Of a DNA stretch of 64,000 bases, positions 47,152-56,733 are shown piece after piece. Source of the stretch: an uncultured Enterobacterales bacterium (GTDB lineage: Bacteria; Myxococcota_A; UBA796; CAJQPC01); assembly GCA_964567625.1 (NCBI GenBank), contig CAZMNK010000003.1, positions 10,781-74,780 on the forward strand, written 5' to 3'. Positions within the stretch are counted from its first letter, which is position 1. Every line of letters starts with the position of its first letter. A program made the translations under genes and the position numbers. The notes beneath the pieces are model-generated. The model did no database searches and was not told the DNA's origin. It saw nothing but the letters and a program-made list of their open reading frames with translations.

Positions 47152-47155
<4 letters not shown>
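46796..47155 (+). CDS. Small hypothetical protein (119 aa)
   Basis: MQDPQELYELVVDAVHQAL..., with a helical C-terminal half (REKLRVLEQKLNN). ATG 46796 is preceded by GGAGC. The track ORF from 46544 is over-extended. Confidence 0.5.
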
Positions 47156-48009
<854 letters not shown>

Positions 48010-48011
48010 AC

Positions 48012-49229
48012 TCAATTCTCCAAGCGCTCGACGATCGTGGCCACGCCCTGTCCCACGCCCACACAGAGAGTGGCCAGGCCATAGCGACCGTCGATGCGAT
48101 CGAGCACGCCGAGCAAGGTGGTGAGAATGCGGGCCCCTGAGCAGCCGAGCGGGTGGCCCAGTGCAATGGCGCCGCCATGAAGGTTGACCCTGTCCTCCGG
48201 CAACTCCAACTCCTGCAACACAGCCAGGGATTGGGCAGCAAAGGCCTCGTTCAACTCGACCGCATCCAGGTCCGATAGCGTCAGTCCGGCGCGGCTCAGT
48301 GCCTGGCGGGTGGCCGGCACCGGGCCGATACCCATGATCTCCGGATCCACGCCGGCCGAGGCCCGGGCGAGAATGCGAGCCCTTGGCTTCAGGCCCAGTG
48401 CCTGGGCCCTCTCCGCCGTCATGACGAGCAAGGCGCAGGCCCCGTCGTTCAGGGTCGAACTGTTGCCGGCTGTCACAGAGCCCGGCTGACGGAAGGCCGG
48501 GCGAAGGCCGGCCAGCTTCTCCAGCGTCGAGTCCCGGCGGGGGCCCTCGTCGGCGGTGATCAGGAGCGGGTCCTTCCTGCGCCGAGGAATGCTGACCGAC
48601 ACCAACTCCGGGTCGAACCAGCCGTTGTCCTGGGCGACGACGGCCTTCTGGTGGGAGCGCAGGGCAAAGGCATCCTGGGCCTCCCGGGTCAGGCCGTGAC
48701 GATCCACCAGGTTCTCGGCCGTACAGCCCATGGCCTCGAGAGGGAACTGCTCGGCGAGCTTCGGGTTCGGGTAGCGCCAGCCCAGGCACGTGTCCCAGGC
48801 AGTGACATTGCCCGCCTTGGGCATCGTGGGGCCCCGAGACACGCTGTAGGGCGCTCGGGACATCGACTCCACACCGCCAGCGATAAACACGCTTCCGTCG
48901 CCCACCATGGCCGCTCGGCAGGCCTGGTTGACGGCCTCGAGTCCCGAGGCACAGAGCCGGTTCAACGTGACGCCGGGGACCGACTGGGGCATGCCAGCGA
49001 GGAGCAGGGCCATGCGTGCCACATTGCGGTTGTCCTCACCCGCCTGGTTGGCACAGCCCATGTAGACATCGTCGACCTGGGACGGATCCAGTCCTGTCCG
49101 ATCCAGCAGGGCCCGGATCGTCAGGGCCAACAGGTCGTCTGGCCGCATGGTGGACAGGCCACCCAGGAACCGCCCTATGGGGGTCCGCACAGCGTCAATG
49201 ATCACCACTTCTGGCAGGGACACAGGCAC
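48012..49229 (-). CDS. Acetyl-CoA C-acyltransferase (thiolase)
   Basis: [13 protein letters not shown], the active-site Cys in [12 protein letters not shown], and C-terminal [20 protein letters not shown]. Confidence 0.9.
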   Translation of the reverse strand: MPVSLPEVVIIDAVRTPIGRFLGGLSTMRPDDLLALTIRALLDRTGLDPSQVDDVYMGCANQAGEDNRNVARMALLLAGMPQSVPGVTLNRLCASGLEAVNQACRAAMVGDGSVFIAGGVESMSRAPYSVSRGPTMPKAGNVTAWDTCLGWRYPNPKLAEQFPLEAMGCTAENLVDRHGLTREAQDAFALRSHQKAVVAQDNGWFDPELVSVSIPRRRKDPLLITADEGPRRDSTLEKLAGLRPAFRQPGSVTAGNSSTLNDGACALLVMTAERAQALGLKPRARILARASAGVDPEIMGIGPVPATRQALSRAGLTLSDLDAVELNEAFAAQSLAVLQELELPEDRVNLHGGAIALGHPLGCSGARILTTLLGVLDRIDGRYGLATLCVGVGQGVATIVERLEN

Positions 49230-49267
49230 CTCGCTCTCAGGAGGCGCCTCCTAACCAGGACCAGGCC

Positions 49268-50446
49268 CTACTTGAGTACTGGGAACTGATCCAGGTCCGG
49301 GTAGTAGCTGCCATCGAGGGCCACGGCGCCAAAATGGTAGCCCCAGTAGTTCTGGAGGTAGGGCATGTTTGCCGCCAGGTTCGCGACCATGGGTTGCTTC
49401 CGAGGGTAGAAGCGCATCCCCAGAGTGACCAGGTTGAAGCTGTAGGGGCCATTTCCGACCCCGGGCTGCATGTAGACCGAGCTCTCCACGAACACACCGA
49501 CGGTGTCCGAGGCCTGGTAGAACACGTGGGCACCCCCGACGAAGATGACCCGTCGGGACACTTCCCACTCGGCACCGACCACCGCCATGACCTCCAGCCC
49601 GTTGCCGATGTCAAAGCGCTTGGCAGCCCCCGCATAGGGCCTCACGACCACGTAGGCCTTGGGCAGCGTGTTCAGGTGCAGATCCAGCCCCACGCTGACC
49701 AGCGCATTCTTGCGGGCGGACTTGAGCAGGGCGTACTTCCCTCCGAGTTCCAGCCGGAAACCCGTGTAGCGGCCCCGCAGACCCAGGTGAGCCGAGAACT
49801 CCCGTGTGATCTGCCCCTCCGCATCCACCATCACGCTGAAGTACCCCGGGAACCCGTACTCCAGGCCGGCACGCAGTCGGGTGCGTGGGTCCAGGGAATC
49901 GAGGGTGATCGGCTGAGTGAACTTGATCTCGCGATCCTGGGCGTCCTCATAGGTGGTGGTCTCGTCCTGGATCCGCTCGCCGTAGATCAGGCTGCTGAGA
50001 ACCTCCTGGCGCTCGTCGATGCGGGCCCCAAAAAGCGTCTTGTCGTACTCCTCGAGGTACCGCTCCCACGCCAGGAGTTCCTCTTCGGGGGGAAACTCCT
50101 TCACTTCTTCGGCGTAGCGCCGGTAGATCTCCGCGGTGTCGACGCCAGGACCGCCGATGGCGTCCTCGGCGATCTCCTCCTCCTCGTCATCGACAAAAAG
50201 ATCCTCGTCGTCCTCTTCCAGGTCCTCGAAGTCGATGTCCAGGTCGTCGGTGTCCTCCTCATCCAGGGCCTCATCGGCCTCTTCCATCCGCTCGACGTCC
50301 GGTTCATCCCCGTCGTCGTCGTCCTCGAAGTCCTGGTCGAACTCGTCGTCGTCGAAGTACTCGTCCTCTTCGTCGTCCTGAACCACACCGTCCTGGGCAT
50401 ACGCCGGGCCGGTAACAAAGAGAGTGAGCCAAAAGAGTTCGCGCAT
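49268..50446 (-). CDS. Secreted protein with a ~100-aa poly-acidic N-terminal region and a beta-rich C-terminal domain (possible outer-membrane barrel)
   Basis: Signal MRELFWLTLFVTGPAYAQD, then DDEEDEYFDDDEFDQDFEDDDDGDEPDV...DLEEDDEDLFVDDEEEE. The C-terminal half shows alternating hydrophobic patterns (GFRLELGGKYALL, VSVGLDLHL, AYVVVRPYAG). Confidence 0.6.
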   Translation of the reverse strand: MRELFWLTLFVTGPAYAQDGVVQDDEEDEYFDDDEFDQDFEDDDDGDEPDVERMEEADEALDEEDTDDLDIDFEDLEEDDEDLFVDDEEEEIAEDAIGGPGVDTAEIYRRYAEEVKEFPPEEELLAWERYLEEYDKTLFGARIDERQEVLSSLIYGERIQDETTTYEDAQDREIKFTQPITLDSLDPRTRLRAGLEYGFPGYFSVMVDAEGQITREFSAHLGLRGRYTGFRLELGGKYALLKSARKNALVSVGLDLHLNTLPKAYVVVRPYAGAAKRFDIGNGLEVMAVVGAEWEVSRRVIFVGGAHVFYQASDTVGVFVESSVYMQPGVGNGPYSFNLVTLGMRFYPRKQPMVANLAANMPYLQNYWGYHFGAVALDGSYYPDLDQFPVLK

Positions 50447-50525
50447 CCTGTGTGTCCTCGCGAGGGAACGCGGGATGATAACCATCCCCTGGACAGGGCA
50501 CCCTCCGACCTACCTCGGCGAATCC

Positions 50526-51140
50526 ATGCAACACGACGACGGAGAGCAGCTGGATCGGCTCCAGCAGGCCGCCGAAGAGGTGCGTAGCCACCTGGTGATG
50601 CTGCGCGGCGGGGCTCCGTTTTTATCCCCTCTTGACGGTCGGCTGTTGTTGGAGTGGCTCGAGACGGGGATCGGCGTGCCCGCGATTCTCAGGGCTCTGG
50701 AACACGCTGCCGCCAGGAGAAGGGAGCGGCGCGTTCGCACACCTCTGTCCCTCCGATCCGTGCGGGCCCGGGTAAAAAAGACCTCCGCGCCTTCCTTGCC
50801 CTCCCAGACCCAGGGCCTCTCGTCCCTGGTCGAATCGTTGCAAGGCAATGCGGACCCCCTGGTCCGACAGGCCGCCGAGGCCCTTGCCGGTCTGCGAGGC
50901 TCCGGAGATGAGTTGGCACGAGACGCCCTGACCATCGTGCGGCAATTCCACGAGGAGGACTGGGCTCGAACCGACAGGGAGTCCCTGCTGGCCCTCGCGA
51001 TCCAGGATCTCCAGGATCTCCGAGAAAAGTACGACGACAAGCAGTGGGCAGCGGCCCTGGAAGAAGTCGCCCGCGACAAGCTCCGGGCCCGGCATCCCCT
51101 CCTTTCCGCCACCGCGATCTGGGATACGTTGGCTCCATGA
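50526..51140 (+). CDS. DnaD-like (replication initiation / helicase-loading accessory) domain candidate
   Basis: GGAPFLSPLDGRLLLEWLETGIGVPAILRALEHAAARRRERRVRTPLSLRSVRARV resembles the DnaD/DnaB_2 C-terminal domain pattern (lsp-x-e-x-x-l-x-x-W...e-l-I-x-x-A-l-x-x-a...s-x-x-Y-i). It is coupled by ATGA to the downstream AAA+ gene. Confidence 0.4.
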   Translation: MQHDDGEQLDRLQQAAEEVRSHLVMLRGGAPFLSPLDGRLLLEWLETGIGVPAILRALEHAAARRRERRVRTPLSLRSVRARVKKTSAPSLPSQTQGLSSLVESLQGNADPLVRQAAEALAGLRGSGDELARDALTIVRQFHEEDWARTDRESLLALAIQDLQDLREKYDDKQWAAALEEVARDKLRARHPLLSATAIWDTLAP

Positions 51141-52000
51141 GTGCCGCCTACGCCTCTCCCGATCCCGGTTGCGTCAAGTGTCGTGGCACCGGCACGCTCC
51201 TGGACCGCGAGCGCGAGTACGGCATTGCAAACGTCTGTGACTGCCTGGGTGAGTGTCCCGCTTGCGGAGGCACCGGCCGCGCACTGGTCCATCTCCAGGG
51301 GATCGAAGGACTGGCGCCCTGTGGCTGCAGAGAGCTTCATCGACGGGCCGAGCTCTTCAGACGGGCCCGCATACCCGCGCGTCATGTCCTCTCCACCCTG
51401 GACAACTTCGATCCCTCCCGGTCCCCGGGAACCGCCGAGGCCCACAAGGTTGCCCACCAGTGGACCCAGTCCTACTCCCCCGGGATCGAGAACCGAGGAC
51501 TTGTCCTGCACGGCAAGGTGGGACGGGGCAAGACCCACCTGCTCGTGGGCATGCTCCATCGACTGATCTTCTCCCACGGAATCGCCGTTCGATTCGTGGA
51601 GTTCAGCCACCTGATCGGGGTTCTGAAGGCCGGGTTCTCCACCAAGCAGTCCAGTGCCTCCACCATGGATCCGCTGCTGGACATCGAGGTCCTGGCCATC
51701 GACGAGCTGGGCAAGGGCCGCTGCACGGACTGGGAGTTGGCCATCGTCGATGAGCTCATCTCCCGCCGGTACAACGCCATGGCCACGGTGCTGGCGACCA
51801 CCAACTACGCTCCCAAGCTCCAGAAGGGCCGACGGCCCATGGACGCGGCCATGGCCGGTCCTGCCAATCTCTCCGTGGCCAGCGGGGCCCAGTTCACCCT
51901 GGCCGAGCGCATTGGTGAACGGGTGTTCTCCCGCCTGATGGAGATGGCCGAGCTCCAGGAAGTGCGAGGACTCGACTACCGAGAACGACGCGGGCGATAG
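51137..52000 (+). CDS. DnaC/DnaI/IstB-like AAA+ ATPase with an N-terminal DnaJ-type zinc-finger region
   Basis: CVKCRGTGT...CDCLGECPACGGTG...CGC gives three Cys pairs. Walker A LHGKVGRGKTHLL, Walker B VLAIDELG, sensor-like ATTNY. Confidence 0.7.
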   Translation: MSAAYASPDPGCVKCRGTGTLLDREREYGIANVCDCLGECPACGGTGRALVHLQGIEGLAPCGCRELHRRAELFRRARIPARHVLSTLDNFDPSRSPGTAEAHKVAHQWTQSYSPGIENRGLVLHGKVGRGKTHLLVGMLHRLIFSHGIAVRFVEFSHLIGVLKAGFSTKQSSASTMDPLLDIEVLAIDELGKGRCTDWELAIVDELISRRYNAMATVLATTNYAPKLQKGRRPMDAAMAGPANLSVASGAQFTLAERIGERVFSRLMEMAELQEVRGLDYRERRGR

Positions 52001-52014
52001 CGGGGCTTGCGAGG

Positions 52015-52033
52015 CGGGTCGAACAATGACCCG
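52015..52033. terminator. Small hairpin between convergent genes (weak terminator candidate)
   Basis: CGGGTC (52015..52020) pairs with GACCCG (52028..52033) across a 7-nt loop. There is no clear U-tract. It contains the 9-mer AATGACCCG, also seen twice in the 17.4-17.6 kb intergenic region. Confidence 0.3.
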
Positions 52034-52045
52034 GATGCCACAGCG

Positions 52046-52333
52046 CTAGATGTTCACATCCGGAAGCCAGGCCTCGATCTGTGCGGCGACCTGCTGGATC
52101 TCCTGGAAGTAGGCCTGGTTCGCCTGCAGGTAGCGGTCCACCATCTCCTCGTCCGAGCAGTCTCCCAGAGCCGGTGCTCCGAGGCGCGGGCCCGAGTTCT
52201 GCTGAAAACCCGCCAGGGCCTCCACCATGCTCCGGTCAGGACTGGCTCCCAGCGAACTCCCTGCTGCGACGTTGGGCGCAAAGGTCGAGAAGAGGAAGCC
52301 AAAGGCGGACAAGGTGACGAGGTGGCGCATCAT
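52046..52333 (-). CDS. Small secreted hypothetical protein (95 aa)
   Basis: Signal peptide MMRHLVTLSAFGFLFSTFAPNVAAG. The track ORF to 52411 is over-extended. Confidence 0.5.
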   Translation of the reverse strand: MMRHLVTLSAFGFLFSTFAPNVAAGSSLGASPDRSMVEALAGFQQNSGPRLGAPALGDCSDEEMVDRYLQANQAYFQEIQQVAAQIEAWLPDVNI

Positions 52334-52480
52334 GGACCCAGGATCGGCAACTTCCGTCCTGGCCTTGATCCCCTGGATTCCACAGTGACATCTCGTGACC
52401 CCTGGAATCACCGAGAACCGTGTTCAGGCCCTTCAAGGTGCCAACCCTCCCCTTCATCGGGATAGAAAGGAGTCCTGGAG

Positions 52481-53161
52481 ATGGAGGTCTTGATGTCGGT
52501 TCGAACCCTGCTCATTGTCAGCGTCGCGCTGGTGCTCGCCGCATGCAACAAAGTCAGCGCTAATGTCGAGGGGGAGAATGCCCGCGGCGTCCAGTCCGCC
52601 TTCTTCATCGAAGATGACGGCTACTACGGCAGCGATGGCCTGATCCGCGTCTACCTGGTCAGCTTTTCTGACGCCTGTACGGCCTACGAGGGCTTCTGGG
52701 ACGACTTCAACGACCTGGATGTCTGGGGCAACTTGGACCTGTGGGAGGACGTGGAAGACCTCTGGGCCGAGTACTACCCCGAGGAGTTTGAAGAGACCCA
52801 GTTGAACATCCGCGTGGACGATCCAGATGACGCCATCACAGGACTGGACTTCGACGGTGTGGACTGGAACGAAGGGCTGTCCGACGACGACGAGACAAAG
52901 GCCACCTACACCCGGTACATGCAGGCCCTCGACGAGGACTACTGGCAGGCCTGGGTCTTCGGTGGAGACACCGACGACTACGCGGAGAGCTGGGTCACCG
53001 ACGACGGGGAAATGACGATCGGCGCTCACAATCCTGGGGAGTCCGTCCGCGGCACCTTCACCAGCACCCTGGCCGAGACGGACGACGGGGACGACGTCGC
53101 GGAGGTCACCTTCCGCTTCAATGCAACCCGCTGCGAGGACTTCGAAGACGAGGTCTTCTAA
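52481..53161 (+). CDS. Acidic lipoprotein, function unknown
   Basis: MEVLMSVRTLLIVSVALVLAACNK has a lipobox, with AAAGGAG upstream. Asp/Glu/Trp-rich (WDDFNDLDVWGNLDLWEDVEDLW). A hand-counted 60-nt sample is about 60% GC. Confidence 0.65.
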   Translation: MEVLMSVRTLLIVSVALVLAACNKVSANVEGENARGVQSAFFIEDDGYYGSDGLIRVYLVSFSDACTAYEGFWDDFNDLDVWGNLDLWEDVEDLWAEYYPEEFEETQLNIRVDDPDDAITGLDFDGVDWNEGLSDDDETKATYTRYMQALDEDYWQAWVFGGDTDDYAESWVTDDGEMTIGAHNPGESVRGTFTSTLAETDDGDDVAEVTFRFNATRCEDFEDEVF

Positions 53162-53199
53162 CCAGGATCGGTCACGAGTCACCGCGAACGGATCAGCAT

Positions 53200-55983
53200 G
53201 TGAAGCAGTTCGGGAGGATGATTGCCGACCGCAGGGTCGCAGCGTTCGTGGTCGCAGTGGTCTTGCTGTTCGCCACGGTCTGCGGGTTCTTCGCCACCCG
53301 GGTTGAACACGACCACGATGTCCTGGCCTTCCTGCCCGAGGACAACGAGGAAATCGCCGTCTTCCGGGCGATCAGCGAGCGATTCGGAGGCCTGGACGTG
53401 GCCCTGGTCGGCGTGGAGACCGAGGACGTCTATGACCCGGGATTCCTGGGGCGCCTGCGCACCACGACCCGGGAAATCCGGGAGATTCCCCAGGTCGACC
53501 ATGTGGTGAGCCTCGCCAACGTCGAGGACTTCGCCCCCGATCCTGCGGGCGGAATCCGCTCTGCACCCCTGGTCGATGACCTGCCCACAGACGCCACGAG
53601 CCGTGCGGTTCTTCGAGCCCTGGTGCAGTCCCGGGACGCCGTTGTCGGCACTCTGGTCAACGAGCAGGGCACCGCCATCGTCCTCTACATCTTTGCGGCC
53701 CCCGGTTCGGACCTTCGCACGACTGCCACCCTCATCCAGGACCGCGTCGAGGCCGGACTGGGCGATGAGACCTTCTACTGGGGCGGAAACCCCTTCGTCA
53801 GCACCTACATCTACGATGCCACCCAGGCCGATATGGCCCGTCTGACCCCCTGGGCGGTGGCCACGATCCTGCTGATCATGCTGGTCTCCTTTCGCGATCC
53901 GCTCGGAGCCGGAGCCGGTCTGTTCGCCACCGGGGTCGGGATCCTGGCCACCCGAGCGGCCATGGCGGTGCTGGAAGTGCCTCTGAACGTGGTGCTCAGC
54001 TCGATGCCGATCCTGCTCTTTGCCATCGGCAGCGCCTACGGCATCCACCTGCTGTCCCGCTACCAGGTCTACGCGGCGGAGATGGCCCCAGGGGATGCGG
54101 TGGAGCGAACCCTGACCCAGACCGGGCCGGTGGTCCTCACGGCCGGCCTCACCACGATGGCCGGGCTGTCGTCCTTTGTGTTCATGGACATCGCTCCCCT
54201 GCGCACCTTTGGACTCTTCTCGGCCCTCGGCATCGGGGTGGCACTCCTGGTGTCCTTGACCTTTGTGCCCGCAGTGGCCGTGTTGGCCCGTCTGAAGGGC
54301 CGGCCACACCGTTCACGCCCCCTGGCCCTCGGTCTCACAAGACTGGTCGCGGGCATCCATCGCGCCAGGCCGACCTTTGCCATCGTGCTCGGGCTGCTGG
54401 CCCTGGGGGGCCTGGGCTTTACCGGGCGGGTCGACACGCGCATGGACCAGACCGCCTTCTACACCGACGACAGCCCTCCAGCCCTGGCGGATGCCTTTCT
54501 CGCCGAGCACTTCGGGGGCTCGGTCTTCGTGCAGCTGGTGGTGGAAGGCGATCTGTCCAACCCCCACGTCCTCCGTGAAGTCCAGCGCCTGGCGGATGAG
54601 ATCCACCGCCTGGACGACGTGAGCAGCGTCCAGCACGTGGGACAGGTCATCGGCTTGCTGAACCTGGCCATGGAGGGGTCACGACGCATTCCCGACGAGC
54701 AGGGAAAGGTCCGTGCCCTGTTCGGGCTGATGACCGGGCATGGGGCCCTCCGCCAGCTGGTCACCGAGAACCGGGAGTCCGGAATGCTCGTCGTGCGCCT
54801 GGCAACGAACGACCTGGACGAGATCGAGAAGGTTCTCTCCGCGATCGAGGAGACGGTGGCCACAGCACCCACCCGGCTCTCAGTGCTCTCCGTCGAGACC
54901 CCTGGCGCCACCACACGTCGGAGTGAACTGACCAGGACCCGCCTGGCGGCCCTGGTCCCCTCTGCCCCGGTGCAGGACCTCGAGGAGGCTCTGGCATTGC
55001 CTCCCCAGCAGGTCGACCCGACAACGGTGGCCGCAGAGCTGGCTCGGTGGCTGGCCGGACCGGAGAGTCCGGCTCCCCTGGAGAACGACCTGGCCCTCGA
55101 CGTGGCAGCGGTCCTTGTACAGCTGGACGAACACCCGGAAGAGAACCAGGTCCAGGCCGCCCTGACCGCCGCCCTGGAGGTCGGCCCCGAGGACCCCCGA
55201 GTCCAGGATCTCTCCTGGTCCGTGAGCGTGCCCCTGGAAGAAGCCTGGCGGAACACCCGTGCGCGCACCCAGGCCAGCGCACTCTCCGGGCTGTTGGGCC
55301 TGTTGCCTTCTGAGACCCTTCTACAGCACCTCCAGGCTGTCGTGCTCGACAGCCAGGCCCCCACCGTCGGCGTGGCCGATCCCGGGGGCGAACTGGACCT
55401 TGACTGGGTGGTCTCCGGCCTCCCAGTGATGCACCGCGGGCTCTCCCAGAGCGTGGCGATGAACCAGTTCCGAAGCGTCCTCTTCGCCCTGATTCTCGTG
55501 GTCGTGCTGCTCTCGGTGGCCTTCCGGAGCTTCCGAGCCGGCCTGATCGCCACCTCTCCAACCCTGGTCACCCTGTTGGTGGTCTACGGGGCAATGGGGG
55601 CCATGGGCGTTCACCTGGACATCGGCACCTCGATGCTGGCAGGCCTGATCATCGGTGCCGGTGTGGACTACGGGGTGCACCTGCAGTCCAACTGGGTCGC
55701 CGGTCCCCTGGAACCCCTGGAACACGCGGCCGCACGGGCCACAGCCAGGACCAGCAAGGCCATCTGGACCAATGCCCTGATGGTGGCTGCGGGCTTCGCC
55801 GTGCTCACCCTGGGAGAGGCCCGGCCTCTGCGAAATGTCGGCGGACTGACCGCCACGGCGATGCTGGTGGCAGCCTGCATGACTTTTGTGGCCATCCCCG
55901 TCCTGGCCAATCGCAAGCGCTACAGCGAACGGGTCGAGGTTCAGGACCCGGCAGACCCCCTGTTCCGCGCGGGAGTGGGATAG
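53200..55983 (+). CDS. MMPL / RND-superfamily exporter (HpnN-like architecture, 2 x 6 TM with two periplasmic loops)
   Basis: 927 aa. Two internally repeated TM bundles (…ILLIMLVSFRDPLG…FAIGSAYGIHLL… and …ALILVVVLLSVAFRSFR…IIGAGVDYGVHL…), each preceded by a large soluble loop. GTG start at 53200, uncertain (alternative ATG 53218). Confidence 0.8.
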   Translation: MKQFGRMIADRRVAAFVVAVVLLFATVCGFFATRVEHDHDVLAFLPEDNEEIAVFRAISERFGGLDVALVGVETEDVYDPGFLGRLRTTTREIREIPQVDHVVSLANVEDFAPDPAGGIRSAPLVDDLPTDATSRAVLRALVQSRDAVVGTLVNEQGTAIVLYIFAAPGSDLRTTATLIQDRVEAGLGDETFYWGGNPFVSTYIYDATQADMARLTPWAVATILLIMLVSFRDPLGAGAGLFATGVGILATRAAMAVLEVPLNVVLSSMPILLFAIGSAYGIHLLSRYQVYAAEMAPGDAVERTLTQTGPVVLTAGLTTMAGLSSFVFMDIAPLRTFGLFSALGIGVALLVSLTFVPAVAVLARLKGRPHRSRPLALGLTRLVAGIHRARPTFAIVLGLLALGGLGFTGRVDTRMDQTAFYTDDSPPALADAFLAEHFGGSVFVQLVVEGDLSNPHVLREVQRLADEIHRLDDVSSVQHVGQVIGLLNLAMEGSRRIPDEQGKVRALFGLMTGHGALRQLVTENRESGMLVVRLATNDLDEIEKVLSAIEETVATAPTRLSVLSVETPGATTRRSELTRTRLAALVPSAPVQDLEEALALPPQQVDPTTVAAELARWLAGPESPAPLENDLALDVAAVLVQLDEHPEENQVQAALTAALEVGPEDPRVQDLSWSVSVPLEEAWRNTRARTQASALSGLLGLLPSETLLQHLQAVVLDSQAPTVGVADPGGELDLDWVVSGLPVMHRGLSQSVAMNQFRSVLFALILVVVLLSVAFRSFRAGLIATSPTLVTLLVVYGAMGAMGVHLDIGTSMLAGLIIGAGVDYGVHLQSNWVAGPLEPLEHAAARATARTSKAIWTNALMVAAGFAVLTLGEARPLRNVGGLTATAMLVAACMTFVAIPVLANRKRYSERVEVQDPADPLFRAGVG

Positions 55984-56013
55984 CAGTCAAATTCCCTCGT
56001 TAGACGGCCCAGA

Positions 56014-56733
56014 ATGACCCTTCTCAGCGCCCTCATCCTCACCACAGTTCACGCGGGTTCCGGCGACGCCATTCTGGAGCGGATGGACCAGGCCATGACC
56101 AGGGGCACCGACTACACCTTTCGCTACGAGGCCACGACCCAGGACCCGGGCCGAAAGGCCCGGACCATGGCCTTTTCGGTGGAGCTGATGGGCGACAGGC
56201 GCCTGGTGCAGTTCGAGGCGCCTGGGGACGTCAAGGGCACCCGGGTGCTCGTCCTGGAACGCAACCAGATGTACGTCTATGTGCCGGCCTACCGAAAGGT
56301 CCGTCGGGTGGCGAGCCACGTGACTGAACAGGGTTTCATGGGCACCACCTTCAGCCACGAGGACATCTCCACCGCGCGGTATGCCCCGGCCTTTGACGCC
56401 GAGCTCCTCGGCGAGACCCACGAGGTCTGGCGCCTCAAGCTCACCCCCAGGCCAGGCGTGGAGACGCCCTACGCTCACATCGAAGCGGTCATCGTGAAGG
56501 CGGATGAACTCCCGGGCGAGATGAAGTACTTCAACGCCTCTGGGGAGTTGCTGAAGACCCAGACCTTTGAAGATCACGCCTGCCAGGACGAGATCTGCGT
56601 CCCGACCACGCTCAAGATGGTCGATCACAGCCGCGGTGATGCCTGGACAACCCTGGCCTGCAGCGACTGGTCGGCGAACAGCGGACTGGATCCAACCCGC
56701 TTCAGCGTCCGCGAGCTCCAGCGGGGTCAATAG
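56014..56733 (+). CDS. Outer-membrane lipoprotein-sorting (LolA-like) periplasmic protein
   Basis: Signal MTLLSALILTTVHAGS. ILERMDQAM...RTMAFSVELMGDRRLVQFEAPGDVKGTRVLVLERNQMYVYVPAYRKVRRV is typical of LolA_like proteins found next to MMPL exporters. Confidence 0.65.
   Translation: MTLLSALILTTVHAGSGDAILERMDQAMTRGTDYTFRYEATTQDPGRKARTMAFSVELMGDRRLVQFEAPGDVKGTRVLVLERNQMYVYVPAYRKVRRVASHVTEQGFMGTTFSHEDISTARYAPAFDAELLGETHEVWRLKLTPRPGVETPYAHIEAVIVKADELPGEMKYFNASGELLKTQTFEDHACQDEICVPTTLKMVDHSRGDAWTTLACSDWSANSGLDPTRFSVRELQRGQ

Noticed and set aside
51137-52000. IstB-like ATPase considered as an IS21-family mobile element remnant
   Set aside because: No IstA transposase ORF or fragment, no terminal inverted repeats and no target duplications are visible on either side. 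The upstream coupled gene looks DnaD-like rather than transposase-like. The possibility is kept open in the finding, but I do not call it a mobile element.
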